From Candidatus Uhrbacteria bacterium RIFOXYC2_FULL_47_19 (GTDB taxonomy: Bacteria; Patescibacteriota; Patescibacteriia; SG8-24): a DNA stretch of 64,000 nt. Made by a program: the position numbers and the translations under genes. The stretch lies in NCBI GenBank assembly GCA_001791745.1, contig MGFG01000010.1:3351-67350 (forward strand), read 5' to 3'. Shown here one piece after another: positions 58,947-64,000 of the stretch; position 1 is the stretch's first letter; each line of letters starts with the position of its first letter. The notes under the pieces are model-generated. The model was not told where the DNA came from. It saw only the letters and a program-made list of their open reading frames with translations, and did not search any database.

Positions 58947-61184
58947 ATGAAAAAAAATCTCGTAATAGTCGAATCGCCAACTAAGGCTAAAACCATCACA
59001 AAATTTTTAGGTCGCAACTACAAAGTCATGTCCTCTTTTGGTCATGTCCGTGACTTACCTAAAAATGATCTTGGGGTAGACACAGAGAACGACTTCGCTC
59101 CTAAGTATGTAATTCCAACCAAGTCACGTAAGGTCGCCTCTGAATTAAAAAAGGCAGCCAAGGATGCCGAGGTTATTTACTTCGCATCAGATGAAGATCG
59201 CGAAGGTGAAGCGATCTCTTGGCACCTTAAGGAGATGCTAAACATCGATCCAAAACGAACCAGACGTATCACCTTTCATGAAATCACCGGCACAGCCATC
59301 AAAAAAGCCCTAGAAAATCCACGCGACATCGACAATCATCTGGTTGACGCACAACAAGCACGCCGCGTCCTAGACCGATTGGTTGGCTACAAACTATCCC
59401 CTTTCTTATGGCGAAAAGTAGCTCGTGGACTTTCGGCCGGACGTGTTCAATCAGTGGTTGTTCGTTTGATTGTCGAACGTGAACGTGAAATTGGCGAATT
59501 CAAACCACAAGAATATTGGTCAATTGAAGCTTTACTACATCGTCAAAATGATACCGAAACATTCGTAGCTAAATTACATCGGCGCGATGGAGAAATACTC
59601 GATAAATTCGCCCTAGCCAATGAAGATGCTGCCCAGCAAGTACTGGGTGACTTAGACGGTTCCACTTGGACAGTTAAATCGGTAGAAAAAAAGACGGTCA
59701 AAAAGAAGCCCCTACCACCATTCACTACTTCAACACTCCAACAGGATGCCAATAATAGATTTGGCTTCTCCTCAAAACAGACCATGGTTATTGCTCAACA
59801 ACTCTACGAAGGCATCGAGCTTGGTGACGAGGGTTCGACTGGCTTAATCACCTACATGCGTACGGACTCAGTTAATTTGTCCGATGACTTTGTAGGTGAA
59901 TCTCGCGATTGGTTAACCAAAAACCTAGGGAATGAGTATTTGCCGGATGTTCCACGTCGTTACGAGAATAAATCAAAGGGTGCACAAGAGGCGCATGAAG
60001 CCATCAGGCCAACCAGTGCGGCGCTCCATCCTAAGATAGTGGCCAAACATCTCGACTCGCGCCAAGCTAAGCTCTACGACCTGATCTGGCGTCGAGCAGT
60101 AGCCTCACAAATGGTTGATGCCGAAATTGACACGGTTACTGTAGATACAGAAGCGACTAACCAAGGACGCCCAGTTTATGGCTTCCGGGCCACTGGATCG
60201 ACCTTGGTCAAAAAGGGTTATTTGGAAGTCTATCAATCCGAGACCAAAGAAAATCTATTACCAGAACTAGACAAGGGTGATGGATTACTCGCAGAAAAGA
60301 TTGAACCAAAACAACACTTTACTGAACCTCCACCTCGTTATACTGAGGCCTCGCTGGTCAAGACACTGGAGGAAAACGGCATTGGACGTCCATCGACCTA
60401 TGCTCCAACCATCAGCACAGTGGTTGACCGTGGCTACGTCGAGAAAGATGGCCGCAAACTCAAACCTACTGACTTGGCCACTCTAGTCAATGACTTACTA
60501 GTTCAACACTTTCCAAATATTGTGGACCTACAGTTTACGGCCAAGATGGAAAATGACCTAGATGACGTTGCTACTGGACATAAAGACTGGGTGCCGGTTA
60601 TTCGTGACTTCTATCTCCCCTTCGAAGAAAACCTAAAGATGAAAGAGAAGGAAGTAAATAAGAAGGATGTAGCCGAAGAAAGTACTGATGAAAAATGTGA
60701 ACTCTGTAGTAAACCAATGATCATCAAGATCGGACGCTACGGCAAATTCATGGCCTGCACTGGTTTTCCGGAATGTCGCAATACTAAAGCTGTAGAAGGA
60801 ACGGATGGTGATACGACCACTGAAGCCACGCCAGAAACAGATCAAAAATGCGAAGCTTGTGGTTCACCAATGATCATCAAGCGCGGACGATTCGGACCAT
60901 TCCTTAGTTGCTCTGGTTACCCGAAATGCAAAACAATTAAGTCGATTCAAAAAAAGGTTGGAGTTAATTGCCCTCAATGCAGCAACGGGGAAATCATCGA
61001 GAAAAAAACTCGTAAAGGTAAAACATTCTATGCCTGCTCTGGTTACCCGAAATGCGACTTTGCTTTGTGGAGTCGACCAACTGGCGACATCTGTCCAAAA
61101 TGTAAACAACTAATGGTCATAGCTAAGAAAGACGAGGTTAAATGCTCTGGCGAAGGCTGTAGTCACACCCAACCCATAACCTAA
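58947..61184 (+). CDS. topA: DNA topoisomerase I with C-terminal zinc-ribbon repeats
   Basis: Toprim domain (LVIVESPTKAKTI...; DEDREGEAISWHL) and active-site Tyr region (GLITYMRTDS). Three C4 zinc ribbons (CELCSKPM...C..C; CEACGSPM...; CPQC...). Confidence 0.95.
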   Translation: MKKNLVIVESPTKAKTITKFLGRNYKVMSSFGHVRDLPKNDLGVDTENDFAPKYVIPTKSRKVASELKKAAKDAEVIYFASDEDREGEAISWHLKEMLNIDPKRTRRITFHEITGTAIKKALENPRDIDNHLVDAQQARRVLDRLVGYKLSPFLWRKVARGLSAGRVQSVVVRLIVEREREIGEFKPQEYWSIEALLHRQNDTETFVAKLHRRDGEILDKFALANEDAAQQVLGDLDGSTWTVKSVEKKTVKKKPLPPFTTSTLQQDANNRFGFSSKQTMVIAQQLYEGIELGDEGSTGLITYMRTDSVNLSDDFVGESRDWLTKNLGNEYLPDVPRRYENKSKGAQEAHEAIRPTSAALHPKIVAKHLDSRQAKLYDLIWRRAVASQMVDAEIDTVTVDTEATNQGRPVYGFRATGSTLVKKGYLEVYQSETKENLLPELDKGDGLLAEKIEPKQHFTEPPPRYTEASLVKTLEENGIGRPSTYAPTISTVVDRGYVEKDGRKLKPTDLATLVNDLLVQHFPNIVDLQFTAKMENDLDDVATGHKDWVPVIRDFYLPFEENLKMKEKEVNKKDVAEESTDEKCELCSKPMIIKIGRYGKFMACTGFPECRNTKAVEGTDGDTTTEATPETDQKCEACGSPMIIKRGRFGPFLSCSGYPKCKTIKSIQKKVGVNCPQCSNGEIIEKKTRKGKTFYACSGYPKCDFALWSRPTGDICPKCKQLMVIAKKDEVKCSGEGCSHTQPIT

Positions 61185-61208
61185 CCAAACGAGCCAATTT
61201 AAGCGATA

Positions 61209-61238
61209 AAACAGACGACATTAGTCGTCTGTTTTTTT
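61209..61238 (+). terminator. rho-independent terminator AACAGACGAC-ATTA-GTCGTCTGTT + T7 after topA
   Basis: Perfect 10-bp stem plus TTTTTTT. Confidence 0.85.
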
Positions 61239-61312
61239 GACCAAAAATCTGACGTGCTTACTATTCTTTACGAGAATGGTCTAAACTGATATTATGTAAA
61301 GTCGATCAGACA

Positions 61313-62860
61313 ATGGAACATATGACAAAGCCGAACGTCGACGGACTATTAGAAAAGATCAAAAAATATGAACCTGAGGCAGACCTTGATTTGGTGCGCT
61401 TGGCTTTTGATTTTGCTAACGACGCTCATCAAGGACAAAAAAGAAAGTCAGGTGAGCCATACATTGTACATCCGTTAGCCACGGCCGAGTTACTAGCAGA
61501 AATGAATGTTCCAATATCAATTATCATTGCTGGGCTACTACATGACGTGCCAGAAGACACACCGGTAACAATCGAAGATATTCGCAAAAATTTTGGTGAT
61601 GATATTTCTTCAATGGTCGCCGGAATTACCAAACTTGGCAAAATAAAATATCGCGGCATTGATCGCTATGTTGAAAATCTACGCAAAATGTTCGTAGCCA
61701 TGGCTTCGGACATTCGTGTCATCTTGATAAAATTTGCCGATCGGATCAATAACTTGAGTACACTATCAGCACTACCGCCAGCCAAACAAATCCGCATTGC
61801 TCAAGAATCCCTCGAGATTTACGCTCCGATTGCCAATCGTTTAGGAATTAACAAGATGCGAGCCAAGTTGGAAGATCTATCTTTCAAACACTCAATGCCT
61901 AAAGAATATGAATGGGTCACAGGTTTAGTTGATCGCGCTATTAAAGTCAAAAAAGGCTATGTCGAGAAAGTCAAAACCCTACTCGAAGCGGAACTAAAGC
62001 GTAATGAAATAAACTTCGAAGCAATAGACGGTCGCGTTAAACATAAATACAGTCTGTATCGCAAATTACTGAAGCACGAGCGTGATATTATTCAAATCCA
62101 TGACATTATCGCCCTGCGCATCATCGTACCTAAGCTCAGTGACTGTTATGCAGTCCTAGGAATTATCCATCAAACCTGGAAGCCGCTTAAGGGGCGCATT
62201 AAGGACTACATCTCTCAACCTAAACCGAACGGTTATCAATCACTGCACACAACTGTCTTCTGTGAAGGTGGAGAAATTGTGGAATTCCAAATTCGCACCA
62301 ATGTAATGCACGAAGAAGCCGAACGGGGTATTGCTGCTCACTGGCAATACGACGAGGCTGGCAAGGTTGCTTCGCCTGAAGTTCGTAAACAGATGAAGTG
62401 GGTCAAAGATCTAGCCAAACAACATCTAGATACCAAATCTGGCCCAGAATTTCTTGAATCATTAGAAACATTAAAAATTGATGTCTTCCAAGATCGAATT
62501 TTCGTTTTCACTCCTAAAGGGGATGTCATTGATCTACCAGAAGGTGCAACACCAGTAGACTTTGCCTATGCTATTCATTCACAAATAGGAAACACCTGTG
62601 TTGGTGCACGCGTCAACGATCATATTGTTAGCCTAGAGACACGACTATTCTCCGGAGACTGTTGCGAAATTATTGTCGATAAGGATCGAACTAGTCCAAA
62701 CCCAGATTGGCTATCTTTTATAAAAACCTCGACTGCTCGTTCCCATATAAGAAGCGGCGCCAAGTCACGCCTGACACGCTGGATAAAAAACTTTGGAGAA
62801 GAAAGAGAAAGCAAAAAAGAGAGAGCTGAGCAGCGTGCAACACATAAAAAAAATAGATAA
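61313..62860 (+). CDS. rel: bifunctional (p)ppGpp synthetase/hydrolase Rel/SpoT homolog, short form (HD + synthetase + TGS, no ACT/RRM domain)
   Basis: HD hydrolase domain (HPLATAELLAEM...HDVPEDT). RelA_SpoT synthetase domain (DIIALRIIV...GYQSLHTTV). TGS domain (IFVFTPKGDVIDLPEGATPVDFAYAIHSQIG). Ends at 515 aa with a basic tail. Confidence 0.85.
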   Translation: MEHMTKPNVDGLLEKIKKYEPEADLDLVRLAFDFANDAHQGQKRKSGEPYIVHPLATAELLAEMNVPISIIIAGLLHDVPEDTPVTIEDIRKNFGDDISSMVAGITKLGKIKYRGIDRYVENLRKMFVAMASDIRVILIKFADRINNLSTLSALPPAKQIRIAQESLEIYAPIANRLGINKMRAKLEDLSFKHSMPKEYEWVTGLVDRAIKVKKGYVEKVKTLLEAELKRNEINFEAIDGRVKHKYSLYRKLLKHERDIIQIHDIIALRIIVPKLSDCYAVLGIIHQTWKPLKGRIKDYISQPKPNGYQSLHTTVFCEGGEIVEFQIRTNVMHEEAERGIAAHWQYDEAGKVASPEVRKQMKWVKDLAKQHLDTKSGPEFLESLETLKIDVFQDRIFVFTPKGDVIDLPEGATPVDFAYAIHSQIGNTCVGARVNDHIVSLETRLFSGDCCEIIVDKDRTSPNPDWLSFIKTSTARSHIRSGAKSRLTRWIKNFGEERESKKERAEQRATHKKNR

Positions 62861-62886
62861 TAAATACTACTGACCTAAAATAGACT

Positions 62887-62915
62887 GCCTTCTGCTAAAA
62901 TCAGAAGGCTTTTTA
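62887..62915 (+). terminator. rho-independent terminator GCCTTCTG-CTAAAAT-CAGAAGGC + T5 after rel
   Basis: 8-bp stem plus TTTTT. Confidence 0.7.
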
Positions 62916-62996
62916 ATAGATGTTTCAGAGAAGGAAAACAAAAAGGCCCGACCAAACATGGGTCGGACCAACCTAAAATCAACAAATTACAGAGAC

Positions 62997-63740
62997 TTAT
63001 TTCCTCAATCCTTTAATCGCATATCTAAAGAGTATCCGCATGGCCTTAACCAGAGGCTCATTGTCGATGGAAACCGAATACATCTTACCTTGAAAGGTAA
63101 CGCCAACTAGTCGATTTCCGTAGATACCAATATTGCAGCCGAAATACTTATCATTCTCGTCATGCATGAAAATGTGTCGATCGCTTATAACTCGATCTCC
63201 TTCACTTGGACTTCCGGAAAAGATACCGTAAATGTTTTTTACAGTACGACGTGCTGTGCCACGCAGTTCCTTCAGATCATTCGGTGTCAAAACCTGATAC
63301 ATGGCATCAAGATCGGTGATCTCGTAAGACTCATGTTCCGGCGACTGTAACATGTCCTGAATAATAGCCTTAATTGCCTCTTTACCCTCGAAGACCCGAA
63401 CCACAGGCCGTTCACCTCCGACCCGCAACTGTAATTCAGGTAGAATACGCTCCAACTCACTCACCCGATCATGTAACTCAACATCCTTACGTTTGGCATA
63501 GGATAGCAACTTCTCTGGAGATTCAGCTATAAAGAAACGCTTCTTCCCACGCATGACACTCGACATCAATCCACGTTCCTCAAGAAGTTGAATCGCAGTA
63601 TAAGTCGCTTGACGCGACAATTTAGACTGCTTTGACAGGTCGATGACCGTACTTGGTCCGCGCTCCAGGGCAGCGATATAAGTACTTATCTCACTCCCTT
63701 GTAGCCCAATAGACTTTAGGATAGATGCCACTTTTTGCAT
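62997..63740 (-). CDS. TrmB-family (winged-HTH) transcriptional regulator-like protein
   Basis: The N-terminal wHTH SEISTYIAALERGPSTVIDLSKQSKLSRQATYTAIQLLEERGL matches the TrmB pattern. The C-terminal domain is uncharacterised. Confidence 0.45.
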   Translation of the reverse strand: MQKVASILKSIGLQGSEISTYIAALERGPSTVIDLSKQSKLSRQATYTAIQLLEERGLMSSVMRGKKRFFIAESPEKLLSYAKRKDVELHDRVSELERILPELQLRVGGERPVVRVFEGKEAIKAIIQDMLQSPEHESYEITDLDAMYQVLTPNDLKELRGTARRTVKNIYGIFSGSPSEGDRVISDRHIFMHDENDKYFGCNIGIYGNRLVGVTFQGKMYSVSIDNEPLVKAMRILFRYAIKGLRK

Positions 63741-63799
63741 AACGATTATTGACTAGAGAATTTTGATTGACTGCACAAAGATTACCACGTCGGGACATA

Positions 63800-64000
63800 C
63801 TACGGAATAACCGAGACCGACTTCAGTAATGTAGTCCTTGAAGTTTCCTTCATATCCACCAATAACTTTTCCTGTAACTTTCGTATACGCTCATGATACT
63901 CATTCCACAACCGATCATGCTCACTACGATCATTGTCATTAAGACGTGCTAATGCTGTACGCATCTTTTGATCGATGACTTTTTTCTTTCGTTCGTAAAC
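63800..64000 (-). CDS. C-terminal fragment of a coiled-coil hypothetical protein (N-terminus outside window)
   Basis: The minus-strand frame is open from the window edge to TAG (rc at 63800-63802): ...DRSEHDRLWNEYHERIRKLQEKLLVDMKETSRTTLLKSVSVIP*. Confidence 0.3.
   Translation of the reverse strand, partial: VYERKKKVIDQKMRTALARLNDNDRSEHDRLWNEYHERIRKLQEKLLVDMKETSRTTLLKSVSVIP

Overview
The window is a gene-dense, mostly ~45% GC bacterial chromosome segment. Tightly packed and overlapping genes, weak or absent Shine-Dalgarno sequences, and giant surface proteins with TrbC/VirB2-like pilin N-termini suggest a Patescibacteria/CPR-like organism; this is inferred and not proven.

Housekeeping genes that can be called confidently:
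- Division and central metabolism, one strand: ppsA, pyk, nrdR, ftsZ, ftsA, dgkA, ybeY.
- Translation: smpB, infC-rpmI-rplT, yqeY-rpsU, hisS, pth.
- Other: lepB, LCP-family protein, der, dprA, topA, rel.
- Cell-envelope polysaccharide genes: two GT4 glycosyltransferases, an O-antigen-ligase-like protein, a Wzz-like protein.
- An ECF sigma factor with a putative anti-sigma partner.

RNA genes not in the ORF track:
- a tmRNA (ssrA) immediately next to smpB
- tRNA-Asp(GUC)
- tRNA-Val(CAC)

Main items worth a second look:
1. A modular palindromic MITE-like repeat family built on TCCCGG/CCGGGA cores, sitting in at least seven intergenic clusters and bracketing the anomalous genes.
2. Two sharply GC-rich islands (~15.2-17.4 kb and ~26.45-27.13 kb). 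Their genes have strong GGAGG ribosome-binding sites that host genes lack, and they encode diderm-like products: a thrombospondin-type-3 lipoprotein and a putative beta-barrel ending in ...RWEF. This points to horizontal acquisition or chimeric assembly.
3. A ~15 kb surface-protein locus: a 3351-aa pilin-anchored TIG/Cys-repeat/vWA giant protein, a 751-aa paralog, and three small Cys-module membrane proteins.
4. An AsnRS-catalytic-core paralog (AsnA-like) behind a leader carrying two intrinsic terminators.

Coordinates of repeat regions and some start codons are approximate (+/- a few nt).
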